Positions 49,581-60,105 of a DNA stretch of 64,000 nucleotides are shown in pieces. Under the pieces are notes generated by a model that saw only the letters and a program-made list of their open reading frames with translations, was not told the origin of the DNA and did no database searches. Source of the DNA: Pyrodictiaceae archaeon (GTDB lineage: Archaea > Thermoproteota > Thermoprotei_A > Sulfolobales > Pyrodictiaceae); NCBI GenBank assembly GCA_027036135.1, contig JALVSY010000007.1, positions 100,880 to 164,879 of the forward strand, written 5' to 3'. Position numbers and translations under genes: made by a program. The first letter of the stretch is position 1, and each line of letters opens with the position of its first letter.

Positions 49581-51602
49581 ATGGAGGCCGAGAGAGCTTT
49601 GGGCAAAGCGGCTTTAGCGGTCCTAGTCATAGTTGCTTTCATAGCGGGGCTACTAGTCTCAGAGGCCCCGATCATAGGCAAGGAGGCTAAACGGGTACTC
49701 TCGGGCCTAGGGCTCTTAGAGACGACGCGGCCAGAAACAATAACCGTTACGAGGGAAAACACGGTAGCAGTAACCCTTACCGCGACAAAGACCGTGACAA
49801 AAACAGTAGAGAAAACCGTGACTGCGACGAGAAGCCTAGTGACCACTATAAAGGAGACCATTACAAAAACAGTTACAAGTACCACGACAAGGACAATAAC
49901 AGTAACAAAGACAACCACCCAGCCAGTAACGATGCCGCTGACGCAGACCAGTCCCGCGCCAAGAACCATGCTGAGCCAAGGAGTCCGGAAAGGGCTAGAG
50001 AGGCTAATCGAGGGCCCCTCGCCACCAGTGCCCGGGAGCCCAGCCTACACGTATGGGGGGCTAAGGCTCTACGCCGGGAAATACCTCGCGGTTAGGAGAC
50101 CGAGGTACCCCGGCTACTATGTCGCAACAATATACGTTGAGAGCCATGGGGCTACTCGCTACCTTGTGCCCTGCTGCCTAAACACGAGCGAGATGCTACC
50201 CCCGAGCCTCCTACTAGCCAACAGTACTTCCTTCACAGAGTACTATAGCGCAAGGAGCCTCTACTCATTCCTCGGGCCCGGGCCCCACACCATAGACGTG
50301 CCCATAGATAGTGGACACGCAGTCGAGTGCAAGCTATGGATAACAAACAGCAATGTCGCGCTGAGTGGTTGCAAGCCAGTAATGGTACATGTTAGCGGGC
50401 CCAGGCTGAACGGGTACCCCTCCCTCCTAGACGCTGTGCTCGAGTCCTACAACGAGACAGTGTTCGAGAAGCTGAGAAACATAGTGTACGGTGGCAAGCC
50501 GCCCAGCGACCTCGCTGAGGCTGCTTGGACAGCACTGAGCTGGGTGAGTAAGCACATCAGCTACGACTATGCGAAGGAGAGGGAGAGGAGCCCCGCTGTC
50601 TACTCGCCGCTACAGCTCCTAGAGAAAGGCAAAGGTGTCTGCGGCGACTACGCCGTATTCCTCGCCGCAGCGCTGCTAGCAGCGGGGGCGAAGACCGCCT
50701 ACGTGATAGCTATTAGCCTGAAACCAATCCCCCACGCTGTCGCCGCGATAAGCCTTAACCACACAATGTTCATCCTCGACCAGCACCTGCCCCCGATAGA
50801 GGCCGGGGACTACGCAGAGTACCTCCTAGGAAACAGGACAATACATGTCTACGTAATCAAGGCGACGTGGACGAGTAGCGGCGTAGCAGTAAAGGCGTAC
50901 CCAGCGAAGCTGAGCCCAGGGCTAGACACCTACCCATGGGACAGGATACCCGTGGAGACCGTGGAGGAAGCAATAAGCCTAATAAGCAGGGATACTGGGG
51001 CAAAGCCAGCCAAGGAGCTAGAAACAGTCATCGAGACCGGGAACGTCTACACCTATGTAGACCGCTACCTAGAGCCCCTAGCAGGGATAACCGGGCACCC
51101 CGTGCCAATAGGGCTCCTCTACAGCCCAGTGTTCGACAAGGAGTGGGCCAAGACAATAGCCGCTACCGGGGAACAAATACTGAGACAATACTACCCCCAG
51201 GCACTAGGACAGGGCTCCTTCTGGCTCACCTTGAACCAGACAATGGAGGAGACAAGGATAGAGCTATACGCGGTCCCGTTCCCCGAGCCAAGGATAACCA
51301 TAACCCGGGAAGGAGACAACCTAATAATAACGATAGAGGCATGGCAAAGAGTCACAGAGACCAGTATCCAGCTCATAATATACAATAGCGACAAGACAGT
51401 ATGCGCCGCAATAGCTCCACAGGGCTACACCTATCCAGGCACCACGACAATAACCGCGACAAAGTGGACAACAAGGCAAAACACCGTAACAATAACACTG
51501 GATAAGACCAGGCTCCTAGAAGCTACGAGCCAGTGCACAAGCCCAGTACTAGACATATGGATGAACAAAGCAATAATATACTCACTAAGAATAAAACCAT
51601 AA
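49581..51602 (+). CDS. Membrane-anchored transglutaminase-like (Cys-His-Asp) protein with Thr-rich stalk
   Basis: GVCGDYA, PHAVAA, ILDQH; N-terminal TM and TVT repeats. Confidence 0.85.
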   Translation: MEAERALGKAALAVLVIVAFIAGLLVSEAPIIGKEAKRVLSGLGLLETTRPETITVTRENTVAVTLTATKTVTKTVEKTVTATRSLVTTIKETITKTVTSTTTRTITVTKTTTQPVTMPLTQTSPAPRTMLSQGVRKGLERLIEGPSPPVPGSPAYTYGGLRLYAGKYLAVRRPRYPGYYVATIYVESHGATRYLVPCCLNTSEMLPPSLLLANSTSFTEYYSARSLYSFLGPGPHTIDVPIDSGHAVECKLWITNSNVALSGCKPVMVHVSGPRLNGYPSLLDAVLESYNETVFEKLRNIVYGGKPPSDLAEAAWTALSWVSKHISYDYAKERERSPAVYSPLQLLEKGKGVCGDYAVFLAAALLAAGAKTAYVIAISLKPIPHAVAAISLNHTMFILDQHLPPIEAGDYAEYLLGNRTIHVYVIKATWTSSGVAVKAYPAKLSPGLDTYPWDRIPVETVEEAISLISRDTGAKPAKELETVIETGNVYTYVDRYLEPLAGITGHPVPIGLLYSPVFDKEWAKTIAATGEQILRQYYPQALGQGSFWLTLNQTMEETRIELYAVPFPEPRITITREGDNLIITIEAWQRVTETSIQLIIYNSDKTVCAAIAPQGYTYPGTTTITATKWTTRQNTVTITLDKTRLLEATSQCTSPVLDIWMNKAIIYSLRIKP

Positions 51603-51696
51603 GAAGCAAAGAAACCGGCTCTTCGCGCCCCTCGCCGAGAAGAGACCATCAACTATGCTTGGGAACAGACTTAGGGCAATGCTTCTTGCCAAGGAA

Positions 51697-51912
51697 CTAG
51701 GCTAATCTGTTCCCCTCCCTGTTCTCCGGGACTAGCTGTCTTAGTTTTCTTAGTGCTTCTTCCCTGCTTATCTCGCCCATTATCCAGGCCGTGTAGGTCT
51801 CTGCTGCTTCCTCGCCCCTACCCTCCAGGTAGGCTCTATATGCTAGCCTAGCTATCTCGTCTAGCTCCTGTTGTCTCTTTCTAGCCCTTCTTAGTAGCAG
51901 AGCGGTGTCCAA
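51697..51912 (-). CDS. Small helical protein, putative antitoxin downstream of PIN
   Basis: GEISREEALRKLRQL; homologous to 60106-60312. Confidence 0.65.
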   Translation of the reverse strand: MDTALLLRRARKRQQELDEIARLAYRAYLEGRGEEAAETYTAWIMGEISREEALRKLRQLVPENREGNRLA

Positions 51913-52357
51913 TCCTCAACCCTCGTGTACACACAGCATACTCCCAGCCTAATAGCTCTCCTACAAGCCGCCAAGTCCCCGTAACAAGGTCGGCTCCTAT
52001 CTCCTTGGCTAATAGGGCGTAAATAGTGTCATGAACCGTGTTAATGGATACACTCGAGGGGTCAACCCCTAGGGATTTGAGAGCATCTAGGGCTCTTAGA
52101 AAGAGTGCCTTGAACCTATCCCTTGTGAGGGATAGGAGCTTTATCTCGTAGTCTTCGATTGTTCTCCTAAGCTCTCTGCGCAGAACCTGGCGCTCCCTAG
52201 GATCCTCTACCCGTGCCTCAAGCTCGTAGAACACTAGGCGTGAAGCACATAACAAACCCTTGTTACGCACAGCGAACTCTTGAGCCCTCTTATCACCCCT
52301 AGCAAGGTCCACTACGAAATTAGTATTGACGAGATACCTACAACGCCTCGCTGGCAT
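51891..52357 (-). pseudogene. PIN-domain toxin with a frameshift in a G run
   Basis: YLVNTNFVVDL, NTVHDT; one extra G at 51977-51980 gives LVTGDLAACRRAIRLGVCC, matching its paralog; first catalytic Asp is Asn. Confidence 0.7.
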
Positions 52358-52588
52358 CTCTAGATACCACTCCTCTTTCTCCAAGTGCTAACATAATTGC
52401 GAATTCATGGTAACAAGATAACCAGGCATGGTAGCTTATAGATGAGTGAGGCTAGCCAAGCCCCTAGCCTACATGTTAACCCAACCCTCAAGATTATCTC
52501 CTCCTATTAGAACCTTTAAGTAGCGGAGAGGGAATGTAGAGAAAAACAGTGCATAGAATGCTAGAATTCGCTAGTGGTGCGGTAAGCG

Positions 52589-53422
52589 ATGCATAGGTGT
52601 TTCCAGGAGGGCTTGGAGAAGCTGTTCCGAGGTCCCTTGGCTGAGGCCTTCATAGAGCTCGCGGAATCCATGTGGGAGCGTGGCCGGAGAGAAGCAGAGA
52701 ACATTGCCACAATGCTACAGCGCCACGGCGTGGGCCCCGGGGCTAGGCTTCTAGAGCTCGGGGCAGGTATTGGCCGGGTAGCAGGCCACCTAGCAGCAAT
52801 GGGCTACAGGGTACTAGGCATAGACTACTCGGAGAAATTCGTTGAGAAGGGGAGAGAAATACTAGCCGAGAAAGGCATCACCGGCGTCGAGCTATTGGTA
52901 GCGGATGCATACACTCTCGAGGATGTACCCGGGCTAGGAAGCTACGACGCAGCCTATACGACGTGGACAACCCTCCTCGGCTACAGCCCCAGCCCAGAGT
53001 GCGACAAACAACTCCTAGAGACACTACACCGGGCAATCAAGCCAGGAGGACTACTAGTAATAGCCAATACCGCTAGCTACGACCGAGCCGCCTTCACCCA
53101 GGGCCTCTGCGGCTGCCGAGGCCCATTCCTCACCATACTAGAGAACTACGCCCTCACAGAGCAACCAGTACTAGACCCCGAGACAAACACCCTTACAAAC
53201 ACATGGACAATATACCGGCTAGACGGCAAAAACCTCCTATACCTAGACGAGGCAACCTTCAAGCTAAGACTCTACACCCTCAAAGAACTAAAACAGCTAG
53301 CCGAGCAAACAGGCTGGAAACTAGAAGCAGCCTACCACGACCCACAACACGGAACAACATACAAGCCGGGAATAAGCAGCCTCAACACAGTACTAAGACG
53401 AGGGGATGGTATCCTAGGATAG
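52589..53422 (+). CDS. Class I SAM-dependent methyltransferase
   Basis: LELGAGIGR, GIDYS, KPGG, RLYTLKEL. Confidence 0.9.
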   Translation: MHRCFQEGLEKLFRGPLAEAFIELAESMWERGRREAENIATMLQRHGVGPGARLLELGAGIGRVAGHLAAMGYRVLGIDYSEKFVEKGREILAEKGITGVELLVADAYTLEDVPGLGSYDAAYTTWTTLLGYSPSPECDKQLLETLHRAIKPGGLLVIANTASYDRAAFTQGLCGCRGPFLTILENYALTEQPVLDPETNTLTNTWTIYRLDGKNLLYLDEATFKLRLYTLKELKQLAEQTGWKLEAAYHDPQHGTTYKPGISSLNTVLRRGDGILG

Positions 53423-53488
53423 GGCCGAGCGCGTTAGGGAACAAAAACTACTAGGGGCTAAAAAGGGTAAAAACATGGACTAGGACTT

Positions 53489-53638
53489 TTAAGCTACTAC
53501 GCCGACATCAAACTCTTTAGATTCTGTGGGTAGTAGCTGCTTCGCGGCTAGTATTACGGCTGCCATTGCTGCTACGAATACCATCTTTAGTACTGGATCG
53601 TTCTTCACGAGTAGGGCTAGTTTCCTTGCGGCCTTCAT
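53489..53638 (-). CDS. 49-aa single-TM small protein
   Basis: MKAARKLALLVKNDPVLKMVFVAAMAAVILAAKQLLP...; GAGGTG-like RBS upstream. Confidence 0.4.
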   Translation of the reverse strand: MKAARKLALLVKNDPVLKMVFVAAMAAVILAAKQLLPTESKEFDVGVVA

Positions 53639-53742
53639 GCTTCATACACCTCTGCCTAGGCTATCGCCATGCACTATATTAGTGCGGTGGATACGCATTA
53701 TAAGATTCATGAGGCCTTAATACAGAGGCTAGGAGGAGTATA

Positions 53743-54914
53743 ATGGCGACTAGCATAAATAGGATCCCTTGCTATAAGGCGTTGGGGAGCACTGTCTCCG
53801 TGAGCGACGAGAAAAAGAAGCAAGGAGAAGGGCTAAAGGAGATTGCTATAAAGCTTTCATGTCATGATTTCAGGTTGGAGCCGGACAAATTCGGTTTAAC
53901 AAAACCAGCGCTGACCTCGTTAATAAGAAGGCTCCCGGACCCCATAGCTCATACTCGTAATATAAAACCTATGGGGTTCAAACACATAATAGTTGGGATA
54001 CGTAGCAAGGAGCTTTGGCGCAGACTAGTAGATGCTACCCTGGTTAAGCAGCTCGCCGGGTACCGTATCCGAGGCTTGTTAGTGTACTCGGGTTCTTTCT
54101 CGGGAATATAATTCACGTAGCATATATCGTGCATGAGTCCCTCTTTAACCTGGTCTATAGGGAGGTAAGTGCCTGGGTAGAGGATCTCGAGAGAAAAGGA
54201 GTTAGCATTGAGTACTTTTTTAGTGGATACAGTATCCCGGTTAGGAATTGTACTGGGTCTCTGGGCTTTAGCGATAAAGTCATTAATTCTGCTCGAGAAG
54301 CGTTCAACTCCTTGTTGAAGGATACTAGGTATAGTTCTCGTATGCCTTTCCTAGACTACATTATTATCGCGACTCTTGATTTGTTTCCGAGACTTACCCT
54401 GAGGCAACTAAGTCATCTCGTGTACGCGGCGAGGGCAAGGCTCGAGAAGGAGCTCGATAAGTGGACTCTCTCGTTTCTACGCTACCGGTTCATTAATCGC
54501 CACTATAATGCTTTATCAGAGGCTAGGATCATTGGGCGTATGTGGGTTCCGAGACCGGTTCTCGGAGAATGCTATGAGCGCCTCGGCTTCATAGCTACGG
54601 GTGACTGTGCTGAAGACGTGTACGTTGCTGCTGCCGCTACGCTGGGTGCCGCTAACATAGTTGTTTCAAGGGAGTACGTTATGGCTACTATAGGTATCCT
54701 GCCAGAGTACCGCAACGAGGTTATCAATCGGATTAGGGACTGTGTTTTAAAGACCTTAGTGTCTTATAAGGCTAGGGTATTTCCTTTGCCTTTTGAGCTT
54801 TATGACCCGGTGCACAGGGTTTGGCGCACCGAGCCTGTGGGCTATGATCTTTACTCGTTGCTTCGCAGGTTTAGGCTCATGGAGAAAAGGGAGGGTGGGA
54901 AGAGGGGGAAGTGA
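53743..54914 (+). pseudogene. Hypothetical protein, possibly a regulator, split into 53743-54111 and 54129-54914
   Basis: The second frame is open upstream through GFFLGNIIHVAYI, overlapping the end of the first ORF. Confidence 0.4.
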
Positions 54915-55020
54915 ATTCTTTTGGGTGTACTGTTTTATGTTTTTCGTAGGGTCTGGGATATGGGTTCCTTACGCGAGGAGTTTTTAAGAATATTGTGGCC
55001 TAGTAATACGTAGAGAAGGG

Positions 55021-55344
55021 GTGTCCCTAGGTATGGTATCTGTGGAGGAGGTTAGGAGGAGGCTTATGGGTAGCATGATGGGGTTGTATGCGGTGCTGAA
55101 TAGCGCTGCGAAGAAGAGCCATGGGCGTAGCTTCGAGGAGCTAGTGGTTAGCGACCCCGATGCTGCCCGGGAGCTCTTGGAGCGCGTGCTGGGCTCCCGT
55201 GCCCGCGTAGTTGCCGAGATATTGTTTCGGGGAGTTAATGGCTCCTTTCAAGGGGGAACAGGAGCGGGGGTAGAGGGTGCTGGCTGGGTTGATCCCTTTC
55301 CCCGCGGCTTCTATGGCCTTGGGCGTCTCCGGATCCTAGCATAG
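55021..55344 (+). CDS. Small helical hypothetical protein (DUF3227-like)
   Basis: SFEELVVSDPDAARELLERVLG pattern; family call is weak. Confidence 0.4.
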   Translation: MSLGMVSVEEVRRRLMGSMMGLYAVLNSAAKKSHGRSFEELVVSDPDAARELLERVLGSRARVVAEILFRGVNGSFQGGTGAGVEGAGWVDPFPRGFYGLGRLRILA

Positions 55345-55543
55345 CCCTGTGCCGCGCCTAAGGGTTCTCCAGTACCTCTAAGCAGGCCTCTCCGCGGTAA
55401 TCCTCCTAGCTAGGACTATTATAGAGCACCTATAGGGCCTCTTGGATTTCTTCTATTTCGTTCCCCTCTTGTGTTGCCTGGGTGTACTGGTTGGTTGATG
55501 CACCCGTGTACCTGGTTCTCGTTTTTCTCTCGGGGTGCCTTAG

Positions 55544-55906
55544 ATGCTTGGGTTAGGGGATATATTTCTTCAGCATTATCATTGTTTTCTCTTGGAGACG
55601 CTTGTCTTGGGCAACATTGACGAGGATGCGCTGATGGTACTGGATATGTATCTCGGTGATATTGTTACAGGGGTTGTTAGGAGGCATGGTTACCCTGTTG
55701 TGCTCGAGGAGGAGTACTACGATATCCTCATGTACATCTACGAGGAGCTGGTCAAGACCTGGTTCGGGGGCAGGGAGCCGGGCATAAGGGAGCTAAGGGA
55801 GAGGCTCAAGAAGGCCCGGAAGGAGAAGGCCCAGCTAGAGGTACTCGTAAGCTACCTTGTAAGCAAGTACCTGGAACAAAGCGGGACACTATACATCACC
55901 AGGTAG
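55544..55906 (+). CDS. Hypothetical protein
   Basis: 120-aa ORF with normal codon usage. Confidence 0.6.
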   Translation: MLGLGDIFLQHYHCFLLETLVLGNIDEDALMVLDMYLGDIVTGVVRRHGYPVVLEEEYYDILMYIYEELVKTWFGGREPGIRELRERLKKARKEKAQLEVLVSYLVSKYLEQSGTLYITR

Positions 55907-56051
55907 CTAATACATAGATATTCTAGTGCCGCGAATTATTCACCACTCTTGACCCATGCCTGATCCAGGGCCTTCACCCGCATAATAGGAGTCGCTTTCG
56001 CCAAGCTTTATACTACTGTATACATGGGATAGTCTACATGGGTACACAGAC

Positions 56052-56279
56052 TTGTCTACGACTACTCCGAGCACCCGGATTAAGAGAGAACTCAGGGAGA
56101 AAATGAAGAAGTTTAGCCATGTTGATTGGAGAGCTGAAATAGAGAGATTCATTGAGGAGAGAGTACGCCAAGAGGAGCTAAAGCAATTATTTAGTAAGAT
56201 AGACGAAGTCCTGAGAGACGTCGAGGTTAGTAAAGAGCCTGCATGGAAAACTATTAGAGAATATAGGGAGAAGAGGTAA
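56052..56279 (+). CDS. RHH antitoxin (VapB-like)
   Basis: RIKRELREKM...VDWRAEI; TIREYRE. Confidence 0.8.
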   Translation: MSTTTPSTRIKRELREKMKKFSHVDWRAEIERFIEERVRQEELKQLFSKIDEVLRDVEVSKEPAWKTIREYREKR

Positions 56280-56285
56280 GACAAG

Positions 56286-56711
56286 ATGTTCGTTGTGGAC
56301 TCCTCCATCTACGCAAGCGTCTTAGTGAAGGACTAGAACTATGAGAAGGCACGCAAGTTCCTAGAGCAACATAGGAAAAGCGAGCTTGCTACTGTAGCAA
56401 CCGTCTTTGTAGAGGTTGCTAATGTGTTATGGAAGCGTACTTATTTATTAAAGAGGATATCCTTGGAGGCTTATCGCGAGATGAGCACGCTAATCCAACC
56501 ACTCATTAGCGCTAACGCCTCAGTAATATATGAACCCCTGGACTTGCTAGGCGACGCACTAAGCGCTGCCATCGACTATGGAATAACTATTTACGATGCA
56601 CTCTTTGTTGCAGCTACTTTAAGAACAAGGGGAAAGCTAGTAAGTTTTGATAAAAAGCTTAAACAGAAGCTAATGACTAGGAACCCTGACATCGTATACC
56701 CAATGTCGTAA
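56286..56711 (+). pseudogene. vapC: PIN toxin with in-frame TAG at codon 17
   Basis: MFVVDSSIYASVLVKD*NYEKA...EVANVLWK...ITIYDALF...SFDKKL. Confidence 0.85.
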
Positions 56712-57088
56712 TTGTACAATGGTGCACTCGTAAACGTCACTAATTGATGAAAACTAAATGAATTAGCTTGAGAAACATGGCCACCCGGCCTAGTGACTAG
56801 AAGTGCACGTCTCCCTGAAGCAGCTTGCTGCCGCCCTGTCAGAGACCTTGCCGGGGAAGAGTACATTAGGGTAGAGGGGCCTAGGCCAAGGCTACCAAGA
56901 GGCTCTCATTCTCGGCTTGGCTGAGGTCCTAGGACCTTGCCCTACTGGGCTTGGCTGTCTATGTCTCCATAAAGGTTCCCGGGTATCTAGTGCCCTTTAC
57001 CCTGCACGCAATAGCCTCTACTGTTATTGCTACTCTTTGGATAACATTCGTGGAAAGTGCTTAGTACCTATATCGTAGCGGGGCCTCC

Positions 57089-57146
57089 GGGTACGTCAGC
57101 CTTCGGGGCCAGTGATCTTGGGCTCCCGAATCTCGGCGGGTTCGCA
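57089..57146 (+). pseudogene. Degenerate 3' two-thirds of a tRNA, probably Arg(UCG); possible att scar
   Basis: GTCAGC-CTTCGGG-GCCAG-TGATC-TTGGGCTCCCGAATCTCGG-CGGGTTCGCA maps onto anticodon arm, T arm and 3' acceptor strand; no D arm. Confidence 0.5.
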
Positions 57147-57256
57147 ACTTATAAACCCCAATATATTTAGACTCAATAATATGGTTGTTCCTTGTCTGTT
57201 CTTTCTAATCCCGGCAGTGATGCGGAGAAGCTATAAGCTATGAGAAGTACATCATA

Positions 57257-57514
57257 ATGGTAGGAGGTGTAAGTATGGCTCGTGTAGTTGTCGAGGTGTC
57301 TGAGGAAGTAGCTGCATTGCTAGAGAAAGAGCCTTTGCTAAGATTTGCTGTGGCTGAAGCCGTGAAAAAAGAGGTCATGGAATACCTGCTCACAGTTATG
57401 GCCTTAGATAAGCTAACAGAGGATTCTAGACTTAGCGAGGAGGATGTGCTGGAGATAAGCAGGCTTGTTAAGAGAGCTGTACGGGAGAAATGGGATGCTG
57501 AGAGTGGTGGTTGA
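57257..57514 (+). CDS. Antitoxin-like protein
   Basis: SRLSEEDVLEISRLVK; overlaps the PIN start. Confidence 0.75.
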   Translation: MVGGVSMARVVVEVSEEVAALLEKEPLLRFAVAEAVKKEVMEYLLTVMALDKLTEDSRLSEEDVLEISRLVKRAVREKWDAESGG

Positions 57515-57974
57515 TACGAATAAGATAATAGCCTCCTTGCTACGTGAAGGCAAGGTGAGAAGGCTTCTTTTCCATCCAGGCCTAGAAGTATTATTGCCGA
57601 AATATGTCCTGGAAGAGATAAATGAACATAGGAAGTACCTAGAGAGGAAAGTTTCTCCAAAAGCAATAGATCTCATTCTTTCAAAGATCTCGAGGAGGGT
57701 TAGAATAATAGGTGCTAGTGAGCTAAGCAGGGAGACCCTACATAAAGCCCGTAGGCTGGCTGGAGATTTCGATATTGATGACTATCCATTTATAGCCGTA
57801 GCGATAGAATACAATGCAATAATATGGACCAACGATAAAGAGCTTATAAAATACGCATTAATAAGTAACGAGTACCTAGCTGTAGATACACCAGCACTAG
57901 AAGAATTATTAAAAGGCAAAGAACTGTCTAAGATAATACAGACAATGAGAGAAAAGTATGCAACGCGTTATTAG
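57495..57974 (+). CDS. vapC: PIN-domain toxin, intact
   Basis: VVVDTN, DIDDYPF, IWTNDKEL. Confidence 0.9.
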   Translation: MLRVVVDTNKIIASLLREGKVRRLLFHPGLEVLLPKYVLEEINEHRKYLERKVSPKAIDLILSKISRRVRIIGASELSRETLHKARRLAGDFDIDDYPFIAVAIEYNAIIWTNDKELIKYALISNEYLAVDTPALEELLKGKELSKIIQTMREKYATRY

Positions 57975-58167
57975 TTAATGAAAGTCTAGTTTCTCAAATA
58001 AGTATACTATAACTATATCTGTGTATATTTTTCAATAATATGTACAGCGATATCTAGTCTTAACCCCCTTAACTCTCAGCTACATAATCTATAATTATTC
58101 AAATATCAAAATTATCGTCTAAGAATAATTCGGAATGAATAATCCTATGATTAATTTATAGGAAGAA

Positions 58168-58465
58168 TTATAAGGCATTGTCCCATATACTAGGTAATAG
58201 GTATGAAGTAAACTTATCTAGGCTTCCTTTCGCGAAGGATATGCCCTTGCTCCTAATGAGCCTCCTTAGGTCATAGGCCCTCTTTATACCATATTTGTTC
58301 ACGGCTTCTCTTCTTATAATGAAGTGAAGTACCTCGTCAACAACACCGATACTTGTCACTAATAAGGGGTATTTATCATAGGAGTTCTTCTGCTTCAGGA
58401 GCACGGGCACCCTCGTAGAGTAGTTGGATGAACACGTTGGAATCTACAAAGACATATTCCCTCAT
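58168..58465 (-). pseudogene. PIN toxin, frameshifted and 3'-truncated
   Basis: MREYVFVDSNVF...EELL*, then the shifted frame DKYPLLVTSIGVVDEV...; C-terminal PIN motifs are absent. Confidence 0.75.
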
Positions 58466-58674
58466 AGGGGCTCCCACTCTGCCTCAGCTAGCAACTCCTC
58501 TATCTCCTCCTCACTCGCCTTACCTAGTACGCCACGGTACTTTCGCAAAATCCTCTTCCTCTCCTCACCCACTGGGACAAGCACAGCTATTCTCTCCTCG
58601 CCCTCCCGAAGGTCAACAGGCTCTAATGGCTTCAACACACCCTTCTCATACCTCACTTTTACAACTTTAGACAA
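58462..58674 (-). CDS. AF2212/DUF104-like antitoxin, paralog of 44348-44560
   Basis: VRYEKGVLKPL...EERKRILRKYRGVLG is nearly identical to the 44 kb copy. Confidence 0.85.
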   Translation of the reverse strand: MSKVVKVRYEKGVLKPLEPVDLREGEERIAVLVPVGEERKRILRKYRGVLGKASEEEIEELLAEAEWEPL

Positions 58675-58971
58675 CTCCTTGCACCCATATAATGTATGGC
58701 ACCACGAGCCAATTAGCCTTTCCAACAAGGCCGAGTGATTCCAGGCTATCAGTGTGATAATTTATGGTTTCTATCTGGAAACTCTACTTTTATATCTTTG
58801 GGGTAGCGGCACATCTCTTCCAATGCATAGGTACATTACCAGACCACTTACCGCATAACCCATATAATTAATGGCTGATAGTGCTGCTAAGTCAGCGGCT
58901 CTTCAGCGTGCATTACTAGCCCCGACAACGAGTTCTTCCCGGTATACCCTTATTGGCTAGCCGTGAACCCA

Positions 58972-60003
58972 TTAGCGGCATCTATGTAGCCTAGCTTCTT
59001 GCCTCCTAACAGCTTCTAGCAGGTCTTTTGCCCGTAGCTCGTCTGGCGGTACTTGTTTCTCGGCTGCTTGTTCCAGGGCTGTCGCGTATACTGGTAGTTG
59101 GGGGAGGTATCGGCGGGGCAGGCTCGGGCACGGGTAAGCTATGTTTTCCCTAACGAGTATTTCTCCTAGCAAGTGTTGTCTCGGTGTCCTCGGCCTTGCC
59201 CCGCTAAGCAACTCATTGGCCTCCTTGACAACCTCTAGGGGGTCTTCTCCGAGCTCTAGCGCTGCTCGGTAAACCGCGTAGCTCAGCTGGCTAAGTCTCT
59301 CCGAGACCCAGTTGGCGAGCATCTTGTCGCTGAGGCTGCATAGCTCCACGAGGTAGCCTGGATTAGGGCCAGCGAGCCCAGTTATCTCTTCGAGGCTTCT
59401 CTCGCAGCCATTCTTCTCGCGGTACTCCTGGTAGAGCTTGGCGAAGGCCCTGGGATCCATGGGCTCTACGAGGAGGAACCCGGTGGAATACCCGGTGAGC
59501 CTACTAAGTGCCTCCGTTGTGGCAAAGAAGCCCTCGCTAACCGTCACCAGCAAGGAGGGGGTGCCGCAGGGCTTCTTGGCTAGGTAGCCAGCAAGGGCTT
59601 CGAGGGCCACGAGGGCTTGATGAGCATCTGTGAAGAGGAGGTGGAACTCGTCTAGCAGGATGAGGCTGGGCTTCTTCGCGCTCCTAGCTATCTCGGCTAC
59701 CAGGTCCACGAGGTTCACGGGGGCCCCGAGGAGACCCATAAGTTCCCGAAGCAGGCGGAGCGGCTCCACCCTCCCGGGGACCAGCTCGAGGGCCTTCCTC
59801 TCACGAGCATCAACTACTACCGCTCCGCCCACGTGTCTCCGGGCTAGGTAGTAGCGGGCAAGCTCGCTCTTACCAACACCCCGGGGCCCATAAACAACCA
59901 CGCTACGATAACCCCGGAGACTACTAGCCAGCTCATCTAACTCATCCACACGGTCATAGAACCCGGTCCCAAGACCAGTCCTGTATGCTGCGTCGATGAA
60001 CAT
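58972..60003 (-). CDS. Archaeal ATPase (AAA+)
   Basis: FYDRVDEL, YGPRGVGKS, LLDEFH, GPNPG. Confidence 0.85.
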   Translation of the reverse strand: MFIDAAYRTGLGTGFYDRVDELDELASSLRGYRSVVVYGPRGVGKSELARYYLARRHVGGAVVVDARERKALELVPGRVEPLRLLRELMGLLGAPVNLVDLVAEIARSAKKPSLILLDEFHLLFTDAHQALVALEALAGYLAKKPCGTPSLLVTVSEGFFATTEALSRLTGYSTGFLLVEPMDPRAFAKLYQEYREKNGCERSLEEITGLAGPNPGYLVELCSLSDKMLANWVSERLSQLSYAVYRAALELGEDPLEVVKEANELLSGARPRTPRQHLLGEILVRENIAYPCPSLPRRYLPQLPVYATALEQAAEKQVPPDELRAKDLLEAVRRQEARLHRCR

Positions 60004-60105
60004 GTTTCGCGCATTACCCCTCTGTATTCATAGGCCAGAGAGGGCAGTGCCTCTTCTAGGAATAGTATGACTATTCAAGATGAGCTAGGAGCTAGAGACA
60101 CATAC

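Noticed and set aside
49574-49969. Antisense hydrophobic ORF
   Set aside because: Mirror of the Thr-rich stalk on the plus strand
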